Source: an uncultured Chloroflexia bacterium
Lineage (GTDB): Bacteria; Chloroflexota; Anaerolineae; CG2-30-64-16
Length of the DNA: 64,000 nucleotides
Assembly: GCA_963810095.1 (NCBI GenBank)
Contig: CAWEMM010000006.1
Span: forward strand, 1,024,001-1,088,000
Direction of reading: 5' to 3'
In this document: positions 42,464 through 52,014 of the stretch, one piece after another
Layout of the letters: each line of letters starts with the position of its first letter
Numbering within the stretch: the stretch's first letter is position 1
Made by a program: the position numbers and the translations under genes
Notes under the pieces: generated by a model
Seen by the model: the letters and a program-made list of their open reading frames with translations, nothing else
The model's database searches: none
What the model was told of the DNA's origin: nothing

Positions 42464-43621
42464 TTGTATCCGCGGAGGCGTGCTCTGGACCTGGAAAAAC
42501 TCTACTCGAACGTGCCGGAGCCCCGGCACGTGTGGGTCACGGACCGGCAGAGCGTCGCTCCGGGGCAGCATATCGAGGCCGACGACGCATGGGATGCGTT
42601 TCTGGCCGCATCGCCCCACGGTCACCTCCTGCAGAGCGCGCGTTGGGCCCGCTTCAAGTCGGGCCCCAGTTGGTCCGCTTTGCGCGTTGTGCTGCGCACT
42701 ATCCCCAGCCCGACCGCACCGCTGCTGGGCGGCGCCAGCATCCTCTTTCGCACGCTCCCCTTCCGGCAGTCGCTCGCCTACGTGCCAAAGGGACCCGCAG
42801 TAAACTGGTCCGAGCCCGATCAGGTGCGGGCGGTCTTGACGATGGCTCGCAGCGCGGCCGCCAAAGCGGGCGCTGCCTTGCTCAAGATCGAGCCCGACCT
42901 CCCGCTGACCCCGGCCCTATCGACCGCTTTGCAACAGCACGGCTTTCTGTCGAGCCCGCAGCGCGTGCAGCCCCTCACGACGATCGTCGTCGATCTGGGG
43001 GGCAGCGAAGAAGAGATCCTGGGCCGCATGAAGCAGAAATGGCGCTACAATATCCGCCTGAGCGAGCGCAAGGGCGTGACTGTGCGCGAAGGCGGGCTGG
43101 ACGACTTAGCCGCAATCCAGGGCTTGATGGACGCGACGGGCAAGCGCGACGGTTTCAGCGTGCATGATATGGCATACCACCGCCGCGCCACCGAGCTTTT
43201 CGCGCCGGCCGGCATGATGGTGTGGCTGCTCGCCGAGCACGAAGGCCAGCTCCTGGCCGCCATTGCGGTCTTTGCACTGGGTCACGCGGCCTACTACCTG
43301 TGGGGCGCCTCGGCCGACGACGGCCGGAACGTGATGCCCAACCACGCCGTCCAATGGGCGGCCATGCGTTGGGCGCGCGCCCGGGGCTGCACCGTCTATG
43401 ACCTGTGGGGCGTGCCCGACGAGGTGGGTGACGATCCCCAGGCTTACGCTGAGCCCGAAAGCTGGGGCCACGGAGGCCTATGGGGCGTGTACCGGTTCAA
43501 GCAGGGCTTCGGCGGCCGGGTCGTGCGGTTCGCAGGGGCCTGGGATCTGCCGCTCTCGAAGCCCCGGTACGCGCTGTACAAGTTGGCGCTGCGCGTCAGG
43601 AAGTCGCAGGTAAGTGGATGA
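42464..43621 (+). CDS. FemABX-family aminoacyl-tRNA-dependent peptidyltransferase 1
   Basis: HLLQS..W..FK, YVPKGP, KIEPD, MKQKWRYNIR, YLWGAS, YDLWG, GVYRFKQGFGG; start uncertain. Confidence 0.9.
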   Translation: MYPRRRALDLEKLYSNVPEPRHVWVTDRQSVAPGQHIEADDAWDAFLAASPHGHLLQSARWARFKSGPSWSALRVVLRTIPSPTAPLLGGASILFRTLPFRQSLAYVPKGPAVNWSEPDQVRAVLTMARSAAAKAGAALLKIEPDLPLTPALSTALQQHGFLSSPQRVQPLTTIVVDLGGSEEEILGRMKQKWRYNIRLSERKGVTVREGGLDDLAAIQGLMDATGKRDGFSVHDMAYHRRATELFAPAGMMVWLLAEHEGQLLAAIAVFALGHAAYYLWGASADDGRNVMPNHAVQWAAMRWARARGCTVYDLWGVPDEVGDDPQAYAEPESWGHGGLWGVYRFKQGFGGRVVRFAGAWDLPLSKPRYALYKLALRVRKSQVSG

Positions 43622-44736
43622 GCGAAGGCGCGATCACCGTCCAGGAGACAACCGATCCCAAGACATGGGACCAGAGCGTGCTGGCCATGCCCGAGCCGCA
43701 CATTCTCCAGAGCTGGGCCTGGGGCGCGGGCAAGGCGCAGACCGGGTGGCGCGCAAAGCGGCTGATATGGGGCGAGGATGTCGCGGTCCCGGGAGCAGGC
43801 AACCGCTTTGCGCCGTGGGCCTGCGCAAACCTCCTCGTGCGCCGGCTCAACCCGCGCCTGCCGCTCGCCGTCGCCTACGTGCCGAAGGGCCCGCTGTTGG
43901 ATTGGTCGGACGAAGAGCTGGTCGTGCGCGTGCTGCGTGATCTCGAGCAGACGGCCCGGAAAGAGCGGGCCCTGTTCGTCAAAATTGATCCCGACGTGGC
44001 TGCCGGGTCGCCCGAGGGAGACGCGCTCGTCGCGTTGCTCGAGCGCCGGCGGTGGACCCTCTCCGCCGAGCAGATCCAATACCGCAACACGGTCGTCAGC
44101 GACTTGGCCCCAACCGAGGAAGCGCTGCTGGCGGGCATGAAGCCGAAGTGGCGCTACAACATCCGGCTGGCGGAACGGAACGGCGTTTGCGTGCGGGCCG
44201 GCGGGCCGGCCGACTTGCCCTCGTTCTACGCTATGTACGCCGAAACAGGCCAACGAGACGGGTTCCTGGTCCGGCCGTTTTCGTACTACCAGCAGATCTG
44301 GGAACCCTTCATTGCCCAAGGGCTCGCACACCTGCTCCTGGCGGTGGCCGGCGACGAAGCCATTGCAGGACTCATTTTGTTCCGCTTCGGGCCCACGGCC
44401 TGGTACTTTTACGGCGCGTCGACCGCGCAACACCGCGACCTGATGCCCAACCATGCGCTGCAGTGGGCCGCCCTCCGCTGGGCCAAGGCGCACGGCTGCA
44501 CGCGCTATGACTGGTGGGGCGCGCCCGACGTGCTGGACGAAAGCGACGCCATGTGGGGCGTGTATCGCTTCAAGCAGGGCTTCGGTGGGCAGTTCGTGCC
44601 CCACGTTGGCGCCTGGGATTTCCCGGTCAACCAGGGCCTGTATTGGGCCTACACGAAGGCGATGCCGAAGGTGCTGGACACGATGCGCCGGCGCCGCAAG
44701 GACGAGCGGACGAACGACGGTCAGGCGGCGGCATAG
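43618..44736 (+). CDS. FemABX-family aminoacyl-tRNA-dependent peptidyltransferase 2
   Basis: HILQSWAWG..K, YVPKGP, KIDPD, MKPKWRYNIR, YFYGAS, YDWWG, GVYRFKQGFGG; ATGA overlap. Confidence 0.9.
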   Translation: MSEGAITVQETTDPKTWDQSVLAMPEPHILQSWAWGAGKAQTGWRAKRLIWGEDVAVPGAGNRFAPWACANLLVRRLNPRLPLAVAYVPKGPLLDWSDEELVVRVLRDLEQTARKERALFVKIDPDVAAGSPEGDALVALLERRRWTLSAEQIQYRNTVVSDLAPTEEALLAGMKPKWRYNIRLAERNGVCVRAGGPADLPSFYAMYAETGQRDGFLVRPFSYYQQIWEPFIAQGLAHLLLAVAGDEAIAGLILFRFGPTAWYFYGASTAQHRDLMPNHALQWAALRWAKAHGCTRYDWWGAPDVLDESDAMWGVYRFKQGFGGQFVPHVGAWDFPVNQGLYWAYTKAMPKVLDTMRRRRKDERTNDGQAAA

Positions 44737-45035
44737 ACCCTCACCCCGCGCTGCCGGACAACGCGGGATGAAATGGGACACTGATTGAACGGATTGGACT
44801 GATTGTCACGATCTTTCCCGAAGGACAGTGCAGATCAGTTCGATCAGTTGCATCGGTGTCCCATATTCGGACTCGGCCGTTCATGCGCGCAGATGATGAC
44901 TAACTGGACCCTCACCTCTCACTCCCGGACAACCCGGGATTAAATAGGACACTGATCGAACGAATTGGACTGATTGTCACGATCTATCCCGAAGGACAGT
45001 GCGTATCAGTTCAATCAGTTGCATCAGTGTCCCAT
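44736..45035. repeat. Tandem duplication (period 171 nt) of a palindromic REP-like element, family B
   Basis: GACCCTCACC at 44736 and 44907; each copy has GGACACTGAT..GGACTGAT...ATCAGTT..ATCAGTTGCATC.GTGTCCCA inverted arms. Confidence 0.85.
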
Positions 45036-45073
45036 TCCCGCCCATCATGACCTTTCCCATCAGGTCATAATTG

Positions 45074-46123
45074 TCAGCGCGGTTGTTCGCGCCCCAGTTC
45101 CAGCATCTGCTTCCGCGAAGCCGCGCCTGTCGCCCCCACCTGCCGAATCGTGACCCCCGCCGCCAGGCAGCCCACTTCCGCTGCTTCCGGGACTGACGCG
45201 CCCGCGCACAGCGCGCACGCGATGCCCGCCATCGCAGCGTCGCCCGCGCCCACCGTGTCGATCGGGCCGCGGCTGGCGACCGCGGGCGCCAGGGTTTGCC
45301 CCTCGGCGTGCAGCGCCAGGATGCCGTGGGAGCCCAGGGTGAGGAAAACCGGCTGGCCGTTCCTGCGATGCAGCCGCTCGCCCGCCGACTCAATCAGGGC
45401 GCGGTCAAGTTCCCAGTCCGGTTCCCCATCCCCTGCCCACCTCGCTTCGCGGTCCACCGCTCGCACCGCTTCCCGCGCGTTCGGCTTGATCAGCACGTTC
45501 GCAAACTGCCCGATACGCTCACGAGAGTCGGCGATGAAAGCAACCTCGCTGTAGGTCTGCGCCAGCACGCTTAGCTCGTCGCGGACCCGCTCGGTCACCA
45601 CCCCGAAGTTCTCCTCCGGCACCTGGTCGGCAATGATCACAGCGTGAACGCGCGGCAGGAGCCCCCGTAGCGTCTTGATCAGCTGGTCCTCGGCTGCGCG
45701 CGGCACCGGCGCCCGGTTCTTGATGTCCAGCCGGTTCAGTTCGCGCAGCGCGCCGCCACGCATCCGCAGCAGCGGCTTGATGTAAGTAGGCGTAAAGCGA
45801 TCGGCGCGGATCACCAGCCCCTCCACGTCGACCCCCGTCCCGTCCAGCGCGCGGAGCAACTCGAACCCTTCCCCATCATCGCCCACCACGCCGACCGCGA
45901 GCACGTTCGCGCCCATCGCCCGCAGGTTATTAGTCACCGTGCCGGCCGCGCCGGGGCTCGCGCGCACCTCGACGACCTGGTGCGCCTCGAGCCCGGTCTC
46001 CAGCGACGTCTCCGCCAGCGCCTGGTCGATGACCAGGTACTTATCGAGGAAGAAGTCGCCGACCACCAGGATCGTCTTCTGGCTGAACTGCGCCAGGAGC
46101 ATGTCGAGTCGTTCGAGGTTCAT
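45074..46123 (-). CDS. PfkB-family sugar kinase (RfaE/HldE domain I-like)
   Basis: LVVGDFFLDKY, PGAAGTV, GVVGDDGEG, IKPN, DTVGAGD. Confidence 0.88.
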   Translation of the reverse strand: MNLERLDMLLAQFSQKTILVVGDFFLDKYLVIDQALAETSLETGLEAHQVVEVRASPGAAGTVTNNLRAMGANVLAVGVVGDDGEGFELLRALDGTGVDVEGLVIRADRFTPTYIKPLLRMRGGALRELNRLDIKNRAPVPRAAEDQLIKTLRGLLPRVHAVIIADQVPEENFGVVTERVRDELSVLAQTYSEVAFIADSRERIGQFANVLIKPNAREAVRAVDREARWAGDGEPDWELDRALIESAGERLHRRNGQPVFLTLGSHGILALHAEGQTLAPAVASRGPIDTVGAGDAAMAGIACALCAGASVPEAAEVGCLAAGVTIRQVGATGAASRKQMLELGREQPR

Positions 46124-46145
46124 GCGGACTCCAATGAATGGGCTA

Positions 46146-46217
46146 ACCACAAAGGCACCAAGACACGACGTCTCACAAAGCGCTTGGTGATTCCTTGTGT
46201 CTTCGAGTCTTTGTGGT
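46146..46217. repeat. REP-like palindrome, family A
   Basis: ACCACAAAGGCACCAAGACAC...GTGTCTTCGAGTCTTTGTGGT. Confidence 0.8.
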
Positions 46218-47185
46218 CAAAACGCCTGCTCCCGGGCGAGCAGGCGGTGCAAGGCGGGCAGCGTGCCGCGATGCGGGCCGCGGATATAGTAGCTCTCGCC
46301 CCCGTCCTGCACCGTCCGGACGAGAATCGTCTTGAAGGGGCGATAATAGTAACGGGCGTCGGACTTCGGCGCTTCGTGTTCGAGGTCCGCGCCCAGGTCC
46401 AGCAAGTCAAACACGGCAGTCGTAAACCGGTTGATCTTCCGTCCTTCCTGGTGTGCGACGTTGCGTGCCATCGCCAGGGCCTTCAGGTACACTTCCGGCC
46501 CCATGACCGCCGTACCGTAGTTGAGCAGGACTCCCCCCTCCAGGCCCGTCACGGACTGCGCAAAGACCAGGAAGTCCCGGTAGGAGGCCTCGCCAAGCGC
46601 GCCGCCGTCGCAGTTCGGGTGCTCATGGATGATGTCCTGGCCGATGCTGGCATGCACCGTAACCGGCACCCGCAGCCGGTAGCCGGCCGCGAGGATGCTC
46701 ACGTCCTTGTGCGGATAGTTCCCCTCCGCGATTTCCCGTCCGAGCGCCTCGCCGTAGCCCAACCCGTCTCGCAGGCCGGCCGCCACGATGTCGTTGATGC
46801 GCCCGGTCTCGCGCCACAAGCCGAACTGCCCCTCCGCGATGTAGCGGGCCACGCTCTCCGTCGTCGCACCTATCAGTGCGAGTTCGTAATCATGGATGGG
46901 CCCCGCCCCGTTCATGCCCACGTGCGTGATCAGGCCACGGGCCATCAGGTCGATCACGAAGCGTGAGAGACCGCTCTTGATCACGTGCGCGCCCATCAGC
47001 AGGATCACGGCTGCGCCGTCTCGCCGGGCGGCCAGGATCCGCTCTGCGACGACGGGCAGGTTAGGGTGTGCAAACCGGTCGCCGGGTGTGTCCAGCGGCA
47101 GCACCTCGCCCAGCTGCATGTCATGCACGCGCTCAGCGAGCGGTTTTACAACCAGGCGACTCCGGTCGAATTGCGCATACGGCAC
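46217..47185 (-). CDS. Conserved hypothetical protein, deoxyhypusine-synthase-like fold (recalled as GSU2086-like)
   Basis: MGAHVIKSGL, NGAGPIHDYE, VTVH..IGQDIIHEHP, GTAVMGPEVYLKAL. Confidence 0.65.
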   Translation of the reverse strand: MPYAQFDRSRLVVKPLAERVHDMQLGEVLPLDTPGDRFAHPNLPVVAERILAARRDGAAVILLMGAHVIKSGLSRFVIDLMARGLITHVGMNGAGPIHDYELALIGATTESVARYIAEGQFGLWRETGRINDIVAAGLRDGLGYGEALGREIAEGNYPHKDVSILAAGYRLRVPVTVHASIGQDIIHEHPNCDGGALGEASYRDFLVFAQSVTGLEGGVLLNYGTAVMGPEVYLKALAMARNVAHQEGRKINRFTTAVFDLLDLGADLEHEAPKSDARYYYRPFKTILVRTVQDGGESYYIRGPHRGTLPALHRLLAREQAF

Positions 47186-47186
47186 G

Positions 47187-48002
47187 TTACGCCCCCCAGA
47201 GATATGCGAGGAGGGTTTCCTGTTCGCGAAAGTCCGGCACGATCAGGTCCGCGCCCGCCTCGATCAAGCGGTTCCGCTTCCACTCGTCGATGCCGCTGCG
47301 CCGCGCCTCGTCCGACGCAACCCCGACGGCAATGCCGCCAACGCGCTTAGTGTCTTCGATCTCGACAAAACCGTCCCCGAACGCCACGAATTCCGGGCCG
47401 GACAGCTCGTGCTCTGCGATAATCCGGTCGATCAGCATCTGCTTCGAAAAAGACCGTAATCGTCTTTCGCCCCGTAAATGCCGTCGAAGCAGGCTGCAAT
47501 GCCGAGGGCGGCGGCCTCCTCGAGCACAAAGGGCTCGTCGGTGCCCGACGCAAGATAACACGCGACGCCCCGGCTGCGCAACGCGCTCGAGCATGGCCCG
47601 GCTCCCAGGCACCATCAGACTATCGGGCTCGATCTGCCCCAGCTTCAAGCCGTCGATGCGGCCCGCAATCCGCTCGCTCAGCCGGTCAAGGTACATGCGC
47701 TTGTACGCCAGGGGCTCGAGCGGCCGGCCGCCCCGATTCCGGATTTCGTCGGCCAACTGAATCATCTGGTAGATGGTTTGCTTCCCGGTCAACCGCGTAA
47801 CATAATCCCTCACCACGGCTTCGACTGTGGCTTCGTCCTCGTGTTCCGGCGTCTCGAGCAGCAGATCGACCATCATGGGAACCATCACGTCCTGCCAGCC
47901 CTCGCGGATGAGCGACAGGGTGCCGTCGAAGTCAAACAAGGCGTAGCGGATGCGACCGCGGGCCAAGTCGGGGTTGAGAATCTCGATCAAGCGCTTATCC
48001 AT
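47187..48002 (-). CDS. HAD-superfamily hydrolase (two compensating indels around 47580 and 47450)
   Basis: Motif I FDFDGTLS, motif IV GDGFVE; the middle segment reads LASGTDE in an alternative frame. Confidence 0.85.
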   Translation of the reverse strand: MDKRLIEILNPDLARGRIRYALFDFDGTLSLIREGWQDVMVPMMVDLLLETPEHEDEATVEAVVRDYVTRLTGKQTIYQMIQLADEIRNRGGRPLEPLAYKRMYLDRLSERIAGRIDGLKLGQIEPDSLMVPGSRAMLERVAQPGRRVLSCVGHRRALCARGGRRPRHCSLLRRHLRGERRLRSFSKQMLIDRIIAEHELSGPEFVAFGDGFVEIEDTKRVGGIAVGVASDEARRSGIDEWKRNRLIEAGADLIVPDFREQETLLAYLWGA

Positions 48003-48038
48003 CCCGGCCAGGGGCTCTGTTTGAGGGTCGGAAAATGC

Positions 48039-48999
48039 CTAACCAAGCGCGCTTTCCGCCAGCGCAGCCGCGCCCCACAGCGGCGCGTCGTCCGCCATGC
48101 CCGCCGGCACGATGGCGACCCGTGCCTGTGGCAGCGTTTCGGTCCGCGGCAGTTTCTCGAACCCGTTCCCACCACTGTTCGCCGGCCTTGGTCACGCCGC
48201 CACCCAGCACCACCCGCTCGGGATTAAGCAGGTTGATGGCCGCGGCAATTCCCGAGCCGAGCGCGGCCGCAGCGTCCAGCAGCACCTCAAGCGCCAATGC
48301 GTCGCCGGCCTGAGCCGCACGCGCGACCAACTCGCCCGTGATGTTTTCCGGACGCCCCTTTGCCAGCTGCAACAGCAGCGATCCCCGATCCCCGCCCTCG
48401 ACAAGCCGCGCAACCGCTTTGCGAGCCATGGCGGGGCCGCACGCTTCTGCCTCGACACACCCACGTCGCCCGCACGAACACGGCAGGCCGCCGGGGCGAA
48501 CGATGGTGTGTCCGATCTCGCCTGCCATCCCGTCTGCGCCGCCCCAGATGCGCCCACCCAGCACCCAGCCCCCGCCAACACCGGTGCTGACCGTCACGTA
48601 GAGCAGGCTGCCGGCGCCCTGGCCCGCCCCGAAGCGCCACTCGCCCAGCGCAGCGGCATTCGCGTCGTTGTCGACCACGGCAGGCACGCCGAACTCGCGG
48701 CCCAACTCCTCCGCCAGCGGCACATTCTCCCAACCGGGCACGTGGTGCGAGAGTCGCACGACCCCCGCCCCGGCGTCCACCGGCCCGCCAAAGCTGACGC
48801 CGACCGCCGCAAGCCGGCCGCGCACCTGCGTCATCAGCTCGCGCGCCATGCGCAAAACGGTCGTTTGGTCGTAAGCCGCATTTGCCCCTGCCGGCGACAG
48901 GACGCGGGCGTGCGCGGCCCAACGCCGCTCGCCCCGCCGCAGAATTGCCGCCGAGTGCTTCGTGCCTCCATAATCCAGCGCAAGAAGAAGCTCGTCCAT
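48039..48999 (-). CDS. ROK-family sugar kinase (apparent frameshift near 48145)
   Basis: DYGGTK, DNDANAAALGE, STGVGGG, GEIGH, CSCGRRGCVE; shifted frame ends DDAPLWGAAALA..stop 48039. Confidence 0.9.
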
Positions 49000-49004
49000 A
49001 GAGC

Positions 49005-49096
49005 GTTGATGGAACGCAAATTCAAGGGATGGAACTGATCCTCCGGATCTTGCAGGAGATCCGGAGGATCAGTTCCATCAGTCAAATCAGCGTCCT
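49005..49096. repeat. REP-like palindrome, family B-related
   Basis: GATGGAACTGATCCTCCGGATCT...AGATCCGGAGGATCAGTTCCATC 23-bp perfect inverted repeat. Confidence 0.75.
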
Positions 49097-49097
49097 A

Positions 49098-49643
49098 TTA
49101 CTCCTCCATCAATCTCAGGAACACCGCATGGAGGATGACCAGGTGCGCATCCTCGATGACCTGCATGGATTCGTCGGGCACGACCACCGCGATGTCGCAC
49201 AGCGGCGTCAACTTGCCGCCATCACGGCCCGTGAGCCCGATGCGCGTGAGGCCCATCGCCGCGGCCGTCTCCATGGCCTTGATCACGTTCGGCGAGTTGC
49301 CGCTGCCGCTCAAAGCGATCACCACGTCGCCCGGTTCGGCAAATGCCTCGAGCTGCTTCGCGAGAGCGATGTCGTAGCTCTCATCGTTCGAGTAGGCCGT
49401 GAGGGTGGGCGTGTTGTCGGTGAGGCACATCGCGCGGAAGCGCGGCCGCGCCGGGTGCAGCGCGCTCTTGACCAGGTCGTTGACGATGTGTGACGCGTTG
49501 GCCGACGAGCCCCCGTTGCCGATCATGAAGATCGTGCGCTGGTGCACCTGTGCGTCGATCATGACCTCGACGATCCGCTCGACCGGTTCGGGCGGGATGC
49601 GGGGCAGCACCCCGGCCACCCGGCGGAAATACTCAGTAACCAT
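49098..49643 (-). CDS. SIS-domain protein, phosphoheptose isomerase (GmhA)-like
   Basis: GNGGSSANASH, TAYSND, SGSGNSPN, TGRDGG, IEDAH. Confidence 0.88.
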   Translation of the reverse strand: MVTEYFRRVAGVLPRIPPEPVERIVEVMIDAQVHQRTIFMIGNGGSSANASHIVNDLVKSALHPARPRFRAMCLTDNTPTLTAYSNDESYDIALAKQLEAFAEPGDVVIALSGSGNSPNVIKAMETAAAMGLTRIGLTGRDGGKLTPLCDIAVVVPDESMQVIEDAHLVILHAVFLRLMEE

Positions 49644-49751
49644 GCAGTGATTCGTCCCTGACACAAGGATCGGCGCTCACGAACTTGTGAGCGCCGATGC
49701 CATTCTACCAGACAGGCTGCGGTTAGGCCAGCGCGCCGGGCCCAGCGGCGG

Positions 49752-50816
49752 TTAGTGTTTCTGCAGCGAGCCGTCCGCGTTGTAGACGCCGTACTTGTGT
49801 GCCGCTTCGATCAACGCATGAATGTTGGCTGAGGGTGTGTCGGACCCGAGCGCACACCCCGGACCCAGGATCAGGCCCCCCCGGGGCCCCAGGATTTCCA
49901 CCGCTTCGCGTACGGCCGCGTCCACCTCGGCCGGCGACTGAGCCCCCCAGATCAGCTCCGGGTTGATCGGGCCCAGGAACGTCGCCCGACCCTGCATCAG
50001 TTCCTTGGCCTGCGGCATCTTCGTCTTGTAGTCCAGTTCGAGAATCGGCGCGCCGGTCGCGAGCATTTCGGGCAGGATCATCGTCGAGTCGCCGCAGATG
50101 TGGAGCGCCATGGGGAAGTCGGGCGCGGAGACGGCCCCGATCGTTTTGCAATCGTACGGATGCGCCCACTTCCTGTGCAGCCGCGGGCCGATGATGTCCA
50201 CCCCAAGCTCGCCCATCGACGTCCCGTGCGCGCCGGCCTCCTTCATAGCCAGTGCAAAGCGCGTTTGGACCTTCACGCAGTAGTCAAGCACCTTGTGGAT
50301 CAGTTCGGGCTGCTCGTTCAGCGTCATGTCCAGGATGAACTGCTCGTAACCCCGCAGGGCCGCGCCGAGCGCCACTGGACCCTGGTCGGCCCGGCCCATG
50401 ATGAACACATCGTTGCCGAGCGTCTTGCGCAGAATGCGGACTGCCTCGATGCAGTGGGAGAGGGGCGGCGTCGTGAAGGGATCGGGAACCTCGAGCTCGT
50501 CGATTTTCTCCAGCCCCTGGCCCAGAACGTGCCCCGCCACCCGCGGCGGCCGGTCGTCAAAGAACTCGACCGTGCAGCCACATGCGCCCGCCTCCCCCAC
50601 CACACCGTTCTCCACCAGCAGCATGTCGTGGCCGAAGTCGCGCCAGAACTTTAGCTGGGCCTCGGCCAGCATTTCGCCGCTTTGCAGCGCCTGCGCCATG
50701 GGCAGGCCGGCGTAGGCGATTGTGGTGAGGAAATTGTGCAGGTCGACGGGCACCCGGTCGGGGATACCGTGGTTGACCACGGTCATTACCCGCTCGTAGG
50801 AGGTCATCTCGTGCAT
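49752..50816 (-). CDS. URO-D/MtaA-CmuA-family (methylcobalamin-dependent methyltransferase-like) protein
   Basis: MTSYERV...PDRVP, LHICG and GC Zn-ligand motifs, GGLIL.PGC, NI.A. Confidence 0.8.
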   Translation of the reverse strand: MHEMTSYERVMTVVNHGIPDRVPVDLHNFLTTIAYAGLPMAQALQSGEMLAEAQLKFWRDFGHDMLLVENGVVGEAGACGCTVEFFDDRPPRVAGHVLGQGLEKIDELEVPDPFTTPPLSHCIEAVRILRKTLGNDVFIMGRADQGPVALGAALRGYEQFILDMTLNEQPELIHKVLDYCVKVQTRFALAMKEAGAHGTSMGELGVDIIGPRLHRKWAHPYDCKTIGAVSAPDFPMALHICGDSTMILPEMLATGAPILELDYKTKMPQAKELMQGRATFLGPINPELIWGAQSPAEVDAAVREAVEILGPRGGLILGPGCALGSDTPSANIHALIEAAHKYGVYNADGSLQKH

Positions 50817-50817
50817 G

Positions 50818-51999
50818 TCAGTACTTCAGCTCGATCCGGCGGCCGCTGCGCGACGAGCGCACGATGGCGTCCATGACGACCTGGCAGCGATAACCGTCCT
50901 CAAACGTCGCGCCATGCGGCGCCACCGGCTTGTTCTCCGCCACGCAGTCGACGAAGTGGTGCAGCGCATGGACGTGACCGTACTCCCAGCCCGCATTGTG
51001 GCCCACGGGGAGATAGACCGTCGAGAGCGGGTGGCCGGGATCGGTCACCGAGACGTTCGCGAAACCGCGGACCTTCTGGGGCGGCTGCCCGTCGATGAAG
51101 ACCTGCAAGTGGTTCGGATCTTCGAGGTCCCAGGCCACGCTCCCCTTCGATCCGTTAATTTCCCAGGTGTGCTGGTTACGGTGGCCGGTCGCCACCCCCG
51201 ACGACTCGATGGTGCCGGTTGCGCCGCCGGCGAACTCCACCAGCGCCAGGTTGCCCTCATCCGCAGTCACCGTCTCGACCTGCCCGCCTCGGGCCGTCCG
51301 CACGGGGTTGTAGGTGCGCACCAGGCCGCTGAGCGCGACGATGTCGCCCAGGAGAAAGCGTGCCATGTCGACAATGTGTGACCCTATGCCGAGCAAGATG
51401 CCCGAACGGGTGCCCGAAGCGTACCAGGCGTCTTCCAGGGGCGCGTCGGGGTTATGGCCCGGCTCCTGCAAATAGCGGCCGCGGAAGTGATAGATTTTGC
51501 CCAGCGCCCCGGTTTCGATCAGTTCCTTCGCGAGCCGGACTGCGGGGAAGAAGCGGTAGTTGAAGCAGCACATGTGCTTCACGCCCGCCTTTTCCACGGC
51601 CTCCAGCATCGCGGCCGCATCTCGCACCGTCATCGCCAGCGGCTTCTCGCAGATGACGTGCTTGCCGGCCTGGGCCGCAGCAATGGACGGCGCCCGGTGG
51701 CGGTCGTCGGGCGTGACGTTGTCGACGACGTCGATGGCCGGGTCTTTGAGCATCAGCTTCCAGTCGGTGTAGTACCCGCCGTAGTGCATCCGGGCGGCCA
51801 TGTTCGCCACCTTCGCCTCGTCCCGGCCGCAAATTGCCACCAGCTGCGGATAGGCGGCAGGCGCGTTGAAGCTGTACGGGATCTTGAGAAAGGCGTTCGA
51901 GTGGACCTTGCCCATGAAGCCGTAGCCGAGCATGCCGATGCCGACGCGGCGCTCGCTCAAGACCGCGGCGTCGACCGGCGTGAATCCTTTTGCTGCCAC
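50818..51999 (-). CDS. Gfo/Idh/MocA-family oxidoreductase
   Basis: GYGFMGKVHS, GKHVICEKP, FNYRF.PA, GSH..D, EINGSKG. Confidence 0.92.
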   Translation of the reverse strand: MAAKGFTPVDAAVLSERRVGIGMLGYGFMGKVHSNAFLKIPYSFNAPAAYPQLVAICGRDEAKVANMAARMHYGGYYTDWKLMLKDPAIDVVDNVTPDDRHRAPSIAAAQAGKHVICEKPLAMTVRDAAAMLEAVEKAGVKHMCCFNYRFFPAVRLAKELIETGALGKIYHFRGRYLQEPGHNPDAPLEDAWYASGTRSGILLGIGSHIVDMARFLLGDIVALSGLVRTYNPVRTARGGQVETVTADEGNLALVEFAGGATGTIESSGVATGHRNQHTWEINGSKGSVAWDLEDPNHLQVFIDGQPPQKVRGFANVSVTDPGHPLSTVYLPVGHNAGWEYGHVHALHHFVDCVAENKPVAPHGATFEDGYRCQVVMDAIVRSSRSGRRIELKY

Positions 52000-52014
52000 G
52001 GGTCCCTCCTCACA

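Noticed and set aside
44736-45035. CRISPR array
   Set aside because: Only two long units with duplicated rather than unique spacers, and no cas genes
49669-49698. LacI-type operator (TTGTGAGCG)
   Set aside because: The arms are arranged as a hairpin (ATCGGCGCTCAC/GTGAGCGCCGAT) rather than operator symmetry; more likely a terminator or stabiliser
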